55,252 bases of DNA from a virus (IMGVR_UViG_3300037258_000366:1-55252); one strand, 5' to 3'; counted from the stretch's first letter, positions 1-10,931 are shown. The notes: generated by a model from the letters alone, not told the origin. A program made the numbers and translations.

Positions 1-655
1 CCTCACCTAATATTCCGAATTCGGCTGCTGTTAGCCCTCCACCAGTATTAGTTGATGACGAGCTTATAGTACTAGCAGGAATTATACTATCGGGATTCAG
101 GTAAAGACTCATGGAAAGCTGCCCTGTGCTCAGTCTTCCAGTTACAGTACCTTCTATTCTTACCCACGAATTAAGTGGAATACTTGCACTAGCAGAACCA
201 ACAGTGCTGCCAGAAGCATTATTAACAGTCAGTGCTCCGATATTACTAAGATAGACAGAACACGCTCCAACAACAGAGATAATTTCTATCGTAGACCCGC
301 TGGAGCAGTAATTTGTCAGGTACACATAAAGCCGGTACCATAACTGGTTAACCGTGCCGTCTGTTATGGATGAACTCCACGATCCATAAGTCGTATGATT
401 CGTCGCAGATGAAATTCTGGCTGAATAGTTGTTATTGCCATTATAGGTATTGTCATAAGCTAAAGTTGACCCGGAACCTAAAGTTACAGTGTCAAAGGCA
501 TTACCTGACAAGCCACCAGAATTACCGGCTGTTATTGTCGTTCCCTGAGTTCCGCCTGAAAAATTATTGACTAAGTACGCGGACGGCGTTGATGTCTTCG
601 GAACTGTATTGTGTAGAAAATGTTTTCTCCACGCTTGTCCTGAAAAAGCTGGCAT
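1..655 (-). CDS. Virion/tail-associated beta-rich protein, partial (runs off window); paralog of 661..1593
   Basis: Not in ORF track. Manual translation from ATG at 655 is open to the window edge: MPAFSGQAWRKHF...NSGGLSGNAFDT...WYRLYVY...PLNSWVRIEG, matching NSGGLSGNAF, WFRLYVY and LNQWTRIEG of the neighbour. Confidence 0.8.
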   Translation of the reverse strand, partial: MPAFSGQAWRKHFLHNTVPKTSTPSAYLVNNFSGGTQGTTITAGNSGGLSGNAFDTVTLGSGSTLAYDNTYNGNNNYSARISSATNHTTYGSWSSSITDGTVNQLWYRLYVYLTNYCSSGSTIEIISVVGACSVYLSNIGALTVNNASGSTVGSASASIPLNSWVRIEGTVTGRLSTGQLSMSLYLNPDSIIPASTISSSSTNTGGGLTAAEFGILGE

Positions 656-660
656 TCACA

Positions 661-1593
661 TCACCCGTACATCAAAAAGAAGTCATCGTAGTAAGATGCT
701 CCTCCTCCACCGGCTGGATTTGTCACAGAATTAGGGCTGTAAACACTCTGCTGTCTGGCCATATGCTTTCTTCTCCATGTCTTACCCGGCTGAATTATAT
801 TTGAGTGCTGTCTCGATCCTGGATTAATCGGTGAAGATTGCCCAATCACAGGCCCAATATATCCTGTCTGAGTGGCAACTGCAACATCATCGATCCATGT
901 CGGTGAATAGACTACCCCATTAAAATCCCCGAACAGTATTTCTTTAACGGTGTTTCCGTTAAAAACCTGTGCTGGAGCAGAGGTTGTCGTAGACAGTGGT
1001 GTTACAGAATCCATCGGGTTAAAAATTTTTAATTCCGCCATGCCGCCGAGTGTGCTGACCGCAACAGGGGGTGCATATACATAACCCTCTATCCTGGTCC
1101 ACTGATTAAGCAATATCGGGGCCGGTGCTGTTGCTATTGCCAACGATGAGGAGTTAGTGATCGCTATAGCACCAGTCGGAGACACCTGCAGACGAGAAAT
1201 AAAAGTAGATCCTGTCGGACCTCCATACAATTCCAGGAAGGTTGCAACAGCAGGAAACCATTGGGTCGGGTATACATAAAGCCTGAACCAGACTACAGAC
1301 GAACCATCTGAGATATACCAGTTAACTGTCTGATTGCCACTATATGAGTGAATTAATGCAGATCGATACCCATGCGCTGCTTGTACAGTATCATACGACA
1401 ATTGATTCGGAGCAGCACCATTAATAGTGGTAAAAGCATTTCCGCTCAGCCCGCCGGAATTAGCGACAGTGATAGCTGTTCCAGGAGTTCCACCTTCAAA
1501 GGAATTATACAGGCTGGTAGACTGATTCGAAGTAAGTGGTGATGGTTGACGCCAGAATCGTTTTTTCCACGCTTGACCAGCGTTAACGGGCAT
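661..1593 (-). CDS. Putative minor tail/virion protein (LamG/lectin-like beta-sandwich)
   Basis: 310 aa, S/T/G-rich, WTRIE and WIDDVAV motifs typical of jelly-roll domains; lies in the tail gene block. Confidence 0.6.
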   Translation of the reverse strand: MPVNAGQAWKKRFWRQPSPLTSNQSTSLYNSFEGGTPGTAITVANSGGLSGNAFTTINGAAPNQLSYDTVQAAHGYRSALIHSYSGNQTVNWYISDGSSVVWFRLYVYPTQWFPAVATFLELYGGPTGSTFISRLQVSPTGAIAITNSSSLAIATAPAPILLNQWTRIEGYVYAPPVAVSTLGGMAELKIFNPMDSVTPLSTTTSAPAQVFNGNTVKEILFGDFNGVVYSPTWIDDVAVATQTGYIGPVIGQSSPINPGSRQHSNIIQPGKTWRRKHMARQQSVYSPNSVTNPAGGGGASYYDDFFLMYG

Positions 1594-1627
1594 ACTTCAC
1601 CACACTCTCAGCTAATTCTTGTTTCTG

Positions 1628-2221
1628 TTAGTTCTCGCCGCGAACAATTACAGTGTTTACAGTCATTGTGTTGCTTGCACTGTTTGTACTGAAGGTTGCT
1701 GACAAAGTTAACCACTGATTTACAGAGAAGTCTGTAGTCTGAAGTGCTGTTGGTGCAACGACTCCCCATACCTGGCTAGCAGTAGGTCCGGCGCCGCCCA
1801 TGAACCACCCTGAAGTCTCAAGGTTTGTGGCAACTGATGAAATTCCGAAGCCTGATCCTCTGTTAAGAATGTCGGCATGAAGAACTAGTGGTGCCGATGA
1901 AAAAGAAGTAACAGTAAGCGTTGGGAAAGTCAGGATAGGAAATGTGGCTGCTAGTGTGTTAGCTGCCGTGCTCAACTGAAGGGCAAGAATAAGTGTCGTC
2001 GCTGATGACTGACCTGAAACAGTAGCATAAATATCTATTGAAGATGTCTGACCCGTTCTTCCCTGCTGCCAGAATCCGCCCGCGAAAAGCGGCTGCTGAT
2101 AATTACCTGTTGCTGGGTTAAATGCATTAGCTGCCGCTGTAGAAGAAGCTCCTACTGCTGCGTACGGAGCAGGGGGGCCAGCAAATAGAACTTCTGACTG
2201 TGTGCCTGTGTAAAAACTCAT
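1628..2221 (-). CDS. Putative virion structural protein
   Basis: 197 aa S/T/A-rich beta protein preceded by a late-type promoter motif. Confidence 0.55.
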   Translation of the reverse strand: MSFYTGTQSEVLFAGPPAPYAAVGASSTAAANAFNPATGNYQQPLFAGGFWQQGRTGQTSSIDIYATVSGQSSATTLILALQLSTAANTLAATFPILTFPTLTVTSFSSAPLVLHADILNRGSGFGISSVATNLETSGWFMGGAGPTASQVWGVVAPTALQTTDFSVNQWLTLSATFSTNSASNTMTVNTVIVRGEN

Positions 2222-2249
2222 TATTAATCCTTACGTAAGAATTTTAATT

Positions 2250-2268
2250 TTCTGTATCCATAATATCA
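2250..2268 (-). promoter_or_regulatory. Putative late promoter (TGRTANNNT-N5-YAGAA)
   Basis: Minus strand TGATATTAT-GGATA-CAGAA; same motif at 10949, 25555 and 27487. Confidence 0.45.
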
Positions 2269-2270
2269 GA

Positions 2271-5200
2271 TTATGTAAACCCGTTAGCCACCGCCACGTA
2301 TAGCCACTGACCTATAGTAGCGTTGTAAACAAAGCCTATCAGATCAGTGTACCCCGAAGAGGTTGACAGTGAGGGTGGCGGAACGACTGACGGGAATTGG
2401 TAACCTGCTCCCCAGTTAATTAAGTATGGGCCACCGGAGCCCTGAGTTATCTGGAATAGTATTCTCTGACCGTCAGACGGACTCGATGGAGTAGCTATAG
2501 TGTGAGAATTTCCTGTGAGCGTAAGCCTGAAGTCATTTCCTAAGGCCGAATTTACGCTTATTGTCGATGCATCAGTAAGTGTTACTACATTAGGTGCCAC
2601 CGGGCTAATTGTAAGATCAATCCACGTCCCTCCCTTATAAACGGCGAGTGGTGTCATTGAGCTAACAGTATAACTGTTACTAAGATCGATGTAGTCTACC
2701 AGAACTACGTTGGCTGTACCAACAATGGAGAATCCTGATGTGTATGAATTCTGCATTGTGAAATTTGTAAACATTGCTGAAACATCAGCGCCGTTGCCGT
2801 TAAGCCGCACGAGAGGGGCATATGATGGTGACGTTCCTATAGCAAGTTTACAATTGCTGAACTCCCATCCTGCCGCACCTCCAGTGATATTGATAAGATA
2901 ATCATTAGGAGGTGCCGAAGAAGGCCACCCATTCCACAAAACATCTCGGAATGCTGTCAGTACAGTTGATGATCCGCCAGATCCGATAACAAAAATCTGA
3001 GCATTCTGAGACTGAATTGCCTGGCGGGTTTGCTGTACAACGCCAGTCTCATAGAAGTCGCAGTAATTTCCGCCAGGTTGTGCCCCGAAAAGCTGGTATC
3101 CGGAAGATGAATTGTAGTATCCGTAATAACACAGGCCAGCTGAGCAGTTAAACAGCACATGATCATACTGATTGCCTGAGATTCCATTGCCGATGTAGAA
3201 TCCGTACTGCCACGGTCCAGATGTTGTCCATGATCCTAATGTCTGTCCGCCGTTTACAACAATATCTATTAATGTTGATCCGTCAACCTGATATGCGCCG
3301 CCGATCGCACCAATTCTTATTCCTGCAGTAAAGTTCATATTTCTTACACGAATACTTCTCAGTGTGTTCCCGCTTGTTGAACGGCCAGCAGTAGATGGGT
3401 TCCATGTCAGGTAGAAAGCGTTGGGAGCAGTTCCGGTTCCCGCTATGGCGAACTTCTCGAATGTACTGTCAAGAGATCCATTTACAAATATTACAGCATT
3501 CGTGAAGCTAGTCCCTGTTGAGAAGATAGTTGTTGCCGTTGTGCCTGAACCAACTAGCTGAAAACCTAACACAGATACGATGTTAATATCTGATGAAATA
3601 TGATAGCTACCCGCACTCATATGTACCGGGCCGAGAGCATAAGCACTGCTTGTAGTCTGGTTGTATCCGATAAATGCTGACTGTGCTGAGAGATTACTTG
3701 TAGCAGCAGCAGCTACAGTATAACCGACTCCTGGTGTAACTGCAGTTATATGAGAATATCCGGTTGAGAAATTGGTGCTGTTAATATACAAACCTAGATC
3801 TGTTGACAGCGCTGAGGGATTAGTTACAGTTGTAGAGCTAGCTGTGTATCCCAGATTGTTGTAGAACCGACCGCCCAATGAAGCAGCAATTGTTTTATTG
3901 AACGCAAGCGTTGAATCTGTATTTCCTGTAGGATCAGCACCAAAAGCATCAACATCAAACCATGGCTTACCGGATTCAAAGATTTGGTTTCCTGTCCATG
4001 TGTTGGCTTCGGGCAGAAGTCCTACGTTGTTATTAACTCCTCCTATAATTACTGTATTCAGCGGAACATCAAGAAGAGGAGATCCACTCTCACCGCCAAC
4101 ATTTTCCAGTATCAGCGCTCCATAGGTTTCCGGGCAGTATACATGATATGCCCCCGTACTGAAACCCCCGCCTATGGTACCGCTATTGCGGATCGTAATG
4201 TTATTGCAGTAAAGTCCTGATCCGGTTCCCTTAAGAAGCTGAAACAAGGAACCTGTGAATGTCGTGGTATCGTAGCATTGAACATTCTCGATGACAGAAT
4301 AGCTGCATCCTGCCAGAGTGATAACTCCGGCATCACATTCTTCACAGTCGATATCCCTGAAAATGTTAGCCGCCTGCCACGCATCTCCCGTGCATTCGAT
4401 ATGGAAAAAAGTAGACGTTTGACTATGTGCCCCTTGTAGTACTAACGGCCCCCAAGTATTCGTGTTAATCGAGCTGGTCGGACCCACCATGTAAACAGCC
4501 GGGAGGGTGGCATTCCCGGCCATGTCCATGATTGTATGGCCACCAAAGTAACAGCCGATCCACGTCATACTTGTACCGTAAATGATGCAGTGACTTGAAC
4601 TATTGGACACGAACGCGCAGTTATTGACAACCCAGCCACCGGCTCCGGATGGGCCTGTTCCAAAGTCAAAAATATGACCGGCATCACACGTAAGGGAAAT
4701 ATTGGTCATCGTGAGATTGGTGATGCTCCCGCTATTTATCTGGAACATATCCGTGGTTTCATTTCGGATCTCACCGAGAGCCAAATCTCCCCCCTCAGCA
4801 GAGGCACCGAGAAAGGTGACATTGCTGTAAAGAGTCATGGGACTTGTGGTCTTAAATTTATACGTTCCCAGGTAAACGGTCCCGCCAACAGCACCGGCTG
4901 CTGTAATCGCATCTTGTACAGCGGTAGTATCATCTGTTAGGAGTGCTCCTCCAGCACCGTAATCCATCGGACTGAAAATATTACCAATGTGAGCAACGAT
5001 TAAATCTTCAGCATTAGTTCTGTTAGTCGTTTCAACAGACACTGCAGAATCTGCATAAGCAGTCGTAGCTATCTGAGTATTATTTGTCAGAGGAGAAGCA
5101 GTCGGCGCCGCAGGAATTCCTGTGAATACTGGTGAAACGATTGGTGCTGCACCTAAAGCTGTGCGAGCGGCAGATGCTGAAGTCGCAGAAGTACCACCTT

Positions 5201-8141
5201 GAGAAATTCCCAGGGCCTGTGTTACTGAAACAGGTGATCCTATAGCGCCTGTTCTGTAAACAACGTTAGGATCTAGCAGCAGTGTGCCGCTGTTATCTGT
5301 CACTGTAGCTGTTGAATATCCCCAGATTACAGAGTTGGCAATCATTACTTCAGCGGAAGTTCCAAGACTGGAGATGTGCAAACCATCGGCAGGATAAGAA
5401 GTCCCGGGAACTGATGCAACTCCAGTGAAGATTGCTGTTCCGTTGAATGACCCTGTTAAAGTAAACGCTGATCCTGAAGACTCACCGTCACTTACTGATC
5501 TTATGCCGGTGAACTGATACATTCCAGCACCTGGACCAGTCAGGTACCATCCGTCAAGATGGTTGAACTGAGAAGTACAGCCAGTAAATGCAAGCTCTCC
5601 AGTGAATCCAGAAACGGCAGTAAGGAACCATCCCTGTCCAGCACCAGAATTTTCTCCCTTGCACCCGACGTAGCGGCAGTTTCCGCAGTTGGTGATGTTC
5701 CAGTTAGAGCCAGTATTTCCTGTGGCCTCAACAGAGACGAAATATGAATCGGAAACTCCATTCATATTTACGCCGTTGCCACCCATAGATGAGAACTTAC
5801 AGTGAGCTACATCCCAGAAGTCAGGATTCTGATTTGTTCCTGGCCTCATATCCAGGCCATTTCCCCCAAGATTTGATGAGGTCCCCCCGTAAACCAGAAC
5901 GTCACGAAGCTTTACCCCAGCTACAGCATTGTAAGCCTGGATGCCGTGAATTGAGTTTGATGAAGGAGCATTCTGGCCGTCAATGGAAATCTGCTTTATC
6001 TGCTGCTGGCCTCCTTGTGCATTCCCGGTAGTAAGGTAGATTACAGCAGCACCGTTACCAGATGTTGGAGTGAATGCTGAGGAAGGCATAAGAATTGTGC
6101 CTGTTACAGGCACACCGCCAAGACCATAGTTTCCTGAAGGTTCTGCCCACCCTCCAGAGTCTCCCAGGAATGTGACTCCCTGAGGTATTGTCAGGGGCGC
6201 GGAAACTTTATAAGTACCTGCTGGAAGATAAGCAACTGATCCGTAAGCTCCTGTCACACCTTCAGCAGCAGCGTTAAGAGCAGCCTGTATAGATGCTGTA
6301 GCATCTATCGCGCCTGTATGATCAGCCGCGTATTCCTGAACGTTTATCCAGGACGGCGTTGGGTTGGATGTACTGTACGTAGGACCGGCTGATGTATCAA
6401 TAAGCCCTGCTGTTACGTTACCAAAGAACAGGACATCATTGATCACCGTGTCAGAAGAAGTCCCCTGAACAGAGATCCCGTACTTCTGCCAGTAAGAACC
6501 GTACGGTCTGTTAAATGCAAGTCCGCCAGTTATCTGCCAGTTCTTTGCCCCGTTTACCTGCCATCCACGACAGTAGGTTGAACCGCCATTCTGGCCATTT
6601 GAGTCAGCAGAGCAGTTATCGAAAGTACATCCGTAAGAACCATAAGTAGCGTCTCCGGTGTTGTCTCCGTAGAATCCTGACTGGTAGTTATCCTGAGCCT
6701 GGCATCCTGTGAAGTAGTTGTTGTATCCTACGATGTAGAATCCGTGTGTGTTACCGCCAGATGAGCCGCAGTAGAATGACTTGCAGTTTGTGAACCAGTT
6801 GTTAGCCCCGCCAATGAAGAACCCGCTGTCTCCTGTTGTATCAGCAATACAGTTAGTGAATACAGAATCTGTAACTGACGGGTAGGCCATGTAGAATCCG
6901 TTACCACCGACAGCCTTTACATGAACTCTGTTAAAGAGCATAACTCTTGTGTCAGCAGAAGCAGGAACCTGGATACCGTTGTTCGGGCATCCATTGATAT
7001 ACAGATCCTCGAATGTGTGCTGAGTATCTGTTGTACTCCACGGAGTATCGATGTAGATACCTGTTCCGTTTGAGTCTCCCGCGAAAAGCTGTATATAAAG
7101 TTTTCTTATCTTTACTTCTACTGTGCCTGTGCCAGTTATCTCTATAGCATAACTGATATCTGTTCCTTCAGGAACATTAAGCTTAGTTGAAACTCCCGTG
7201 CCCTCTAGCGAGATGCTGCTTGCTGTAATAGTAACAGGAGCGCTGATTGTGAATGTCCCTGCCGACAGTCTTACTGTTCCTCCAGCAGAAGCTACCGAGC
7301 TTATGGCGCTGTTGATTGTGTTCTGGTCATTAGTTCCTGTGCAGACATAATCAGCACCGGCCTTGATTTTAGCCGATGCGCCGCTGGCCGCAACTACTAT
7401 AGTATTTCCTGCTGCTATAGGCCACACAGTTGAGCCAGCATCAGTTAGCTGAAGTGTGGCAAGAGCAGCAGAAGATCCATTTGACCTTACATAATATCCG
7501 GAAGCCTGGGAACCTGTTATGTTCGTCAGGGCAGTTGACTGAGAAGCTACATCAGAAAGGTTTGCGGCCTTAGCTAATTTCAGTGCTTCAGCAGTTTCAG
7601 CGCGAGTTGTTTCTGTGGATACTGCAGAAGTTGCGAAAGTCTCAGCAGTTGACTGTGCTGTGGCAGCAGCACCAGCAGGATCAGCACCAACCTCAGTGTA
7701 AGTAAGGCCAGTTGGTGTTCCTGTAAAAGCCGGGGAAGCTAAAGTTTTATTGGTAAGAGTCTGAGTATCTGTTGTACCTACAACATCTCCTGTGACTCCG
7801 TGAACAGCATTGTCTGATCCAAGGTGATCTTGTGGTTCCTGGTAATCTCTGGCCGAAATTCCGTGAACTATTACTGCCCCGGAAGCATGAGTTGTTGCTG
7901 TAGTCCCATCCTCACCACGAATACACGGCAAAGAATAAGGTCCCGCTCCTGTTGGTGCTCCTGTTACATTGATGACTTCATAGGAAGCTGTATTCCAGTC
8001 AATGAGCATTGTGTACGGATACTGCTGCGGAAGTAACGTTATATTATAACTAGCGGGAATTTGTGGCTCGCTGACAGTATCCAGGTTGAATTCCAGAGTT
8101 GTACCTGGAGTTGTTGTGTCATAATATCTGTTAGGTGCCAT
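2271..8141 (-). CDS. Large tailspike/tail fibre with four tandem right-handed beta-helix (pectate-lyase-3-like) modules
   Basis: 1956 aa with four beta-helix N-cap motifs: ADYVCTGTNDQNTINSAI, WINVQEYAADHTGAIDATASIQAAL, FSPMDYGAGGALLTDDTTAVQDAI, WFDVDAFGADPTGNTDSTLAFNKTI; fibre-type linker FTGIPAAPTASPLTNNTQIATTAY. Confidence 0.8.
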   Translation of the reverse strand: MAPNRYYDTTTPGTTLEFNLDTVSEPQIPASYNITLLPQQYPYTMLIDWNTASYEVINVTGAPTGAGPYSLPCIRGEDGTTATTHASGAVIVHGISARDYQEPQDHLGSDNAVHGVTGDVVGTTDTQTLTNKTLASPAFTGTPTGLTYTEVGADPAGAAATAQSTAETFATSAVSTETTRAETAEALKLAKAANLSDVASQSTALTNITGSQASGYYVRSNGSSAALATLQLTDAGSTVWPIAAGNTIVVAASGASAKIKAGADYVCTGTNDQNTINSAISSVASAGGTVRLSAGTFTISAPVTITASSISLEGTGVSTKLNVPEGTDISYAIEITGTGTVEVKIRKLYIQLFAGDSNGTGIYIDTPWSTTDTQHTFEDLYINGCPNNGIQVPASADTRVMLFNRVHVKAVGGNGFYMAYPSVTDSVFTNCIADTTGDSGFFIGGANNWFTNCKSFYCGSSGGNTHGFYIVGYNNYFTGCQAQDNYQSGFYGDNTGDATYGSYGCTFDNCSADSNGQNGGSTYCRGWQVNGAKNWQITGGLAFNRPYGSYWQKYGISVQGTSSDTVINDVLFFGNVTAGLIDTSAGPTYSTSNPTPSWINVQEYAADHTGAIDATASIQAALNAAAEGVTGAYGSVAYLPAGTYKVSAPLTIPQGVTFLGDSGGWAEPSGNYGLGGVPVTGTILMPSSAFTPTSGNGAAVIYLTTGNAQGGQQQIKQISIDGQNAPSSNSIHGIQAYNAVAGVKLRDVLVYGGTSSNLGGNGLDMRPGTNQNPDFWDVAHCKFSSMGGNGVNMNGVSDSYFVSVEATGNTGSNWNITNCGNCRYVGCKGENSGAGQGWFLTAVSGFTGELAFTGCTSQFNHLDGWYLTGPGAGMYQFTGIRSVSDGESSGSAFTLTGSFNGTAIFTGVASVPGTSYPADGLHISSLGTSAEVMIANSVIWGYSTATVTDNSGTLLLDPNVVYRTGAIGSPVSVTQALGISQGGTSATSASAARTALGAAPIVSPVFTGIPAAPTASPLTNNTQIATTAYADSAVSVETTNRTNAEDLIVAHIGNIFSPMDYGAGGALLTDDTTAVQDAITAAGAVGGTVYLGTYKFKTTSPMTLYSNVTFLGASAEGGDLALGEIRNETTDMFQINSGSITNLTMTNISLTCDAGHIFDFGTGPSGAGGWVVNNCAFVSNSSSHCIIYGTSMTWIGCYFGGHTIMDMAGNATLPAVYMVGPTSSINTNTWGPLVLQGAHSQTSTFFHIECTGDAWQAANIFRDIDCEECDAGVITLAGCSYSVIENVQCYDTTTFTGSLFQLLKGTGSGLYCNNITIRNSGTIGGGFSTGAYHVYCPETYGALILENVGGESGSPLLDVPLNTVIIGGVNNNVGLLPEANTWTGNQIFESGKPWFDVDAFGADPTGNTDSTLAFNKTIAASLGGRFYNNLGYTASSTTVTNPSALSTDLGLYINSTNFSTGYSHITAVTPGVGYTVAAAATSNLSAQSAFIGYNQTTSSAYALGPVHMSAGSYHISSDINIVSVLGFQLVGSGTTATTIFSTGTSFTNAVIFVNGSLDSTFEKFAIAGTGTAPNAFYLTWNPSTAGRSTSGNTLRSIRVRNMNFTAGIRIGAIGGAYQVDGSTLIDIVVNGGQTLGSWTTSGPWQYGFYIGNGISGNQYDHVLFNCSAGLCYYGYYNSSSGYQLFGAQPGGNYCDFYETGVVQQTRQAIQSQNAQIFVIGSGGSSTVLTAFRDVLWNGWPSSAPPNDYLINITGGAAGWEFSNCKLAIGTSPSYAPLVRLNGNGADVSAMFTNFTMQNSYTSGFSIVGTANVVLVDYIDLSNSYTVSSMTPLAVYKGGTWIDLTISPVAPNVVTLTDASTISVNSALGNDFRLTLTGNSHTIATPSSPSDGQRILFQITQGSGGPYLINWGAGYQFPSVVPPPSLSTSSGYTDLIGFVYNATIGQWLYVAVANGFT

Positions 8142-8151
8142 TAAATTTCCT

Positions 8152-10203
8152 CTAGTATGTACTTCCTGTGATCAAGTTCTTCCACGATCCTGCCGATCCT
8201 GCGCCAGATGAGATACACGGGCCAGTTCCGCAAGAAAGACCAGAATTGCTGTTGTAAGCAAGATCTCCTACTCCGGTTCGTATTATCTGGGAGAGATCCA
8301 GGGGAAGACTTATGCCTACCGCCTGAACAGACTGAGAAGCTGTCAGGTTAATCATGGTAGGTGTTCCGCCAATCCGTATCTGGTCTCCCTTCAGGATGGT
8401 TAGTGGTGCTGCTCCTGTAACCTTAATACCGTAGGTTGTTATCGAAGGGAAACTGCATCCGTCAAAATTGAACTGCTTTGTGCCAGATGCTGATACTACG
8501 ATAGCGATATACTGTGTTGCAGTACACTCAAATCCTCCCGAAAATGTTATGACAGAAGTTGCCACAGAAGTATCATTATAAAGTGCTGCTGTACCTGTGC
8601 AAGTTCCGCCTGTGATATTCAGGTAAGATAATGTCGCGCCAATAGCAACCTGCACCAGATCACAGGAAGTATTCATCGAAACTGTGCATCCTATTACATC
8701 ACACACAGAGACTACTGCACCAGAAGTATTAACCTGAAGAAGGAAACCTGAGCCTGAAGGACGCTGGAATGTAACATGGTCAAACACCAGATGCCCAATT
8801 GTAACATCAGCAGTACCGTGCGTTACAACAGATGCCATGTTAGCAGTGCCCGTAACAATCAATTTACTTATCGTCACAACGCTGGTGCCTGTTACATAGA
8901 TAGCTGAAGTATTTCCGTTGCCTGCTGTCTGAGCCAGATTTATGCGGATTTCCTCGGCTGCCGGGGACTGCAGCGTCATAGCATAATTTGTTCCTAGCTG
9001 GCCAACGTGGCCAAAGTTGAATTTGCCATACGTTCCCCCGACCATCCATGCATCCGCCGCGTAATCTCCTATATAAATACCAGCAGAAGACCCGAAGATG
9101 TAATCCACATTAATCTTGTCCATCGTCATGCTTGCTCCCCCGACGATACGGACAGAATAATCGTGGGTAGACGTTCCGTAGATATAACGCACGTCAATAT
9201 TTTTCACGTTTCCGGATGACTGTACTCCACCAACATTATCTGCTCCCGACAGACAGCAGAAGTCATCATAGGTTAGTCCCGTAGCTCTGTTAACTACGAG
9301 ACCATAAACAGGCCCGACCGCGTAAATACCGGCAAGCTCAATGACATTTCCGTACAGGTTAGGTGCGTCTACATAACCATCTGTTGTATCATACTGCAGA
9401 ATACAGCGCCCAGAAGATGCTGTAGTGAGGCTCTGTATCTCTGCTGAGTAATGATCACAGTGACCGAATACGATCTCATAGTTAGCAAATGTAACTCCGC
9501 CTAAACCTGATGGGATGTTCCAGTTCCCGCCTTTTACATGAACATTGCTGTCCCTTGTGTAAAGAGAAATTGCTGCAGAGGAAACAGTAGCAGAAGCTGT
9601 AAGTGCAGAGCCGTCAAGATTAGTTATTGTGATCGTATTTGATGTTTGCGCTGACACATATCCAGTCAGGACTACATCACCACCCGGACCAGCACCTGCT
9701 ACTGTAACTGACTGCCCGGCAACAGCCACATTTCCCAGCGAACTTGTTATTACTGACTGCCCGCTCGTTATTGAAGCATCACTGGCTGTTGCCGCTGGAT
9801 TCACCGCTGCATAGTTCCTGGTTAACGCCCCAGTTCCAGGTGAAACAAGGTTGACTGTACAATCTCTCATGTCCAAGGTGCAATTAGAACCTATGACAAG
9901 ATATGTTTTCAGGTAATAAGTACTTCCTGCCACACCTTGCACACGGCCGCCTCCTGCAGTTTGCGCCGCAGTAAGAGCGGCTTGCAGTACAGTGACATCC
10001 GTCGCTCCTGTTGTGTCATTAGAAGCGGATACAAGACCAGCACTGCCACTAGCCCCAGTTTGCCAAGACGGAAGAACTCCCTGACCATTACTCGTGAATA
10101 CCTGACCGGCTGTTCCAGTTGAGTCACTTTGCTGTGTCGTTGTCTGCTGAGATACCCAGCCTTGCCTGATGACAGTACATCCATCTGTTTGTGCTGACTG
10201 CAT
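8152..10203 (-). CDS. Beta-helix tailspike/depolymerase-like protein
   Basis: 683 aa; GTAGQVFTSNG fibre motif, SNDTTGATDVTVLQAAL cap, G/S/T/V-rich repeats. Confidence 0.7.
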   Translation of the reverse strand: MQSAQTDGCTVIRQGWVSQQTTTQQSDSTGTAGQVFTSNGQGVLPSWQTGASGSAGLVSASNDTTGATDVTVLQAALTAAQTAGGGRVQGVAGSTYYLKTYLVIGSNCTLDMRDCTVNLVSPGTGALTRNYAAVNPAATASDASITSGQSVITSSLGNVAVAGQSVTVAGAGPGGDVVLTGYVSAQTSNTITITNLDGSALTASATVSSAAISLYTRDSNVHVKGGNWNIPSGLGGVTFANYEIVFGHCDHYSAEIQSLTTASSGRCILQYDTTDGYVDAPNLYGNVIELAGIYAVGPVYGLVVNRATGLTYDDFCCLSGADNVGGVQSSGNVKNIDVRYIYGTSTHDYSVRIVGGASMTMDKINVDYIFGSSAGIYIGDYAADAWMVGGTYGKFNFGHVGQLGTNYAMTLQSPAAEEIRINLAQTAGNGNTSAIYVTGTSVVTISKLIVTGTANMASVVTHGTADVTIGHLVFDHVTFQRPSGSGFLLQVNTSGAVVSVCDVIGCTVSMNTSCDLVQVAIGATLSYLNITGGTCTGTAALYNDTSVATSVITFSGGFECTATQYIAIVVSASGTKQFNFDGCSFPSITTYGIKVTGAAPLTILKGDQIRIGGTPTMINLTASQSVQAVGISLPLDLSQIIRTGVGDLAYNSNSGLSCGTGPCISSGAGSAGSWKNLITGSTY

Positions 10204-10931
10204 TACCTAAGCTCCATAGTTCCTGTTTCGGGCGAGCCAAACGTTACCGTAACTGCGCTGGATATAAGTCCTGGAGTATAAACCACAGTGCCGAATATCT
10301 GCTCACCTGAAGAATCTGTAGTTATGACTGCTGGCTCATACGGAAACGTATACGTCATCGTCCATGTTGTTTCCGCAGTAAATGTCTGGGAGATTGGGCA
10401 GTTGCTCACGTTTGAATCCTCAGAAGTAATAAGACTGTGTATATCAACGGGGCTGTTACTGGCAGACGGAACAGTTATGTCATATTCCTGGCCACGGAAG
10501 AAGTGCTCTTTTACATGATACGTAAATGAAGAAGGCACCATATTGACACCAGCATTGTCTGTAGCGAGAAGGTTCACCAGGAGATTGCCATTTCTGAGGT
10601 ACATCTTTCCTGTACCCCAGTACGCTCCTGCCTCATCCCACAGATTCATTCCCGCGCGTCTTTGCGGAATTGACGTAGTTATACCGTCAACTGTGAACAG
10701 CAGAGCGCTGCTAGGCCAGAAGCTGTAATAACCTGCTATAGGATCTCCGTCAGTATCAAACTGATTTGCTGTGACAGTTACATACAGCGCTCCAGCCGGA
10801 AATCCGGGTATGCTGAACTGACTCTCAGGAACAACCTGGTAATCAGGATCTTGAGAGGTCCAGCCTGGAGTATACCACGGATTTGCTAAAGGCTCGCCCG
10901 TAGTTTGCTGCTGTATGTAAGGATAGCTCAT
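10203..10931 (-). CDS. Putative virion/tail adaptor protein
   Basis: 242 aa, translationally coupled to the tailspike gene, with a late promoter upstream. Confidence 0.55.
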   Translation of the reverse strand: MSYPYIQQQTTGEPLANPWYTPGWTSQDPDYQVVPESQFSIPGFPAGALYVTVTANQFDTDGDPIAGYYSFWPSSALLFTVDGITTSIPQRRAGMNLWDEAGAYWGTGKMYLRNGNLLVNLLATDNAGVNMVPSSFTYHVKEHFFRGQEYDITVPSASNSPVDIHSLITSEDSNVSNCPISQTFTAETTWTMTYTFPYEPAVITTDSSGEQIFGTVVYTPGLISSAVTVTFGSPETGTMELR

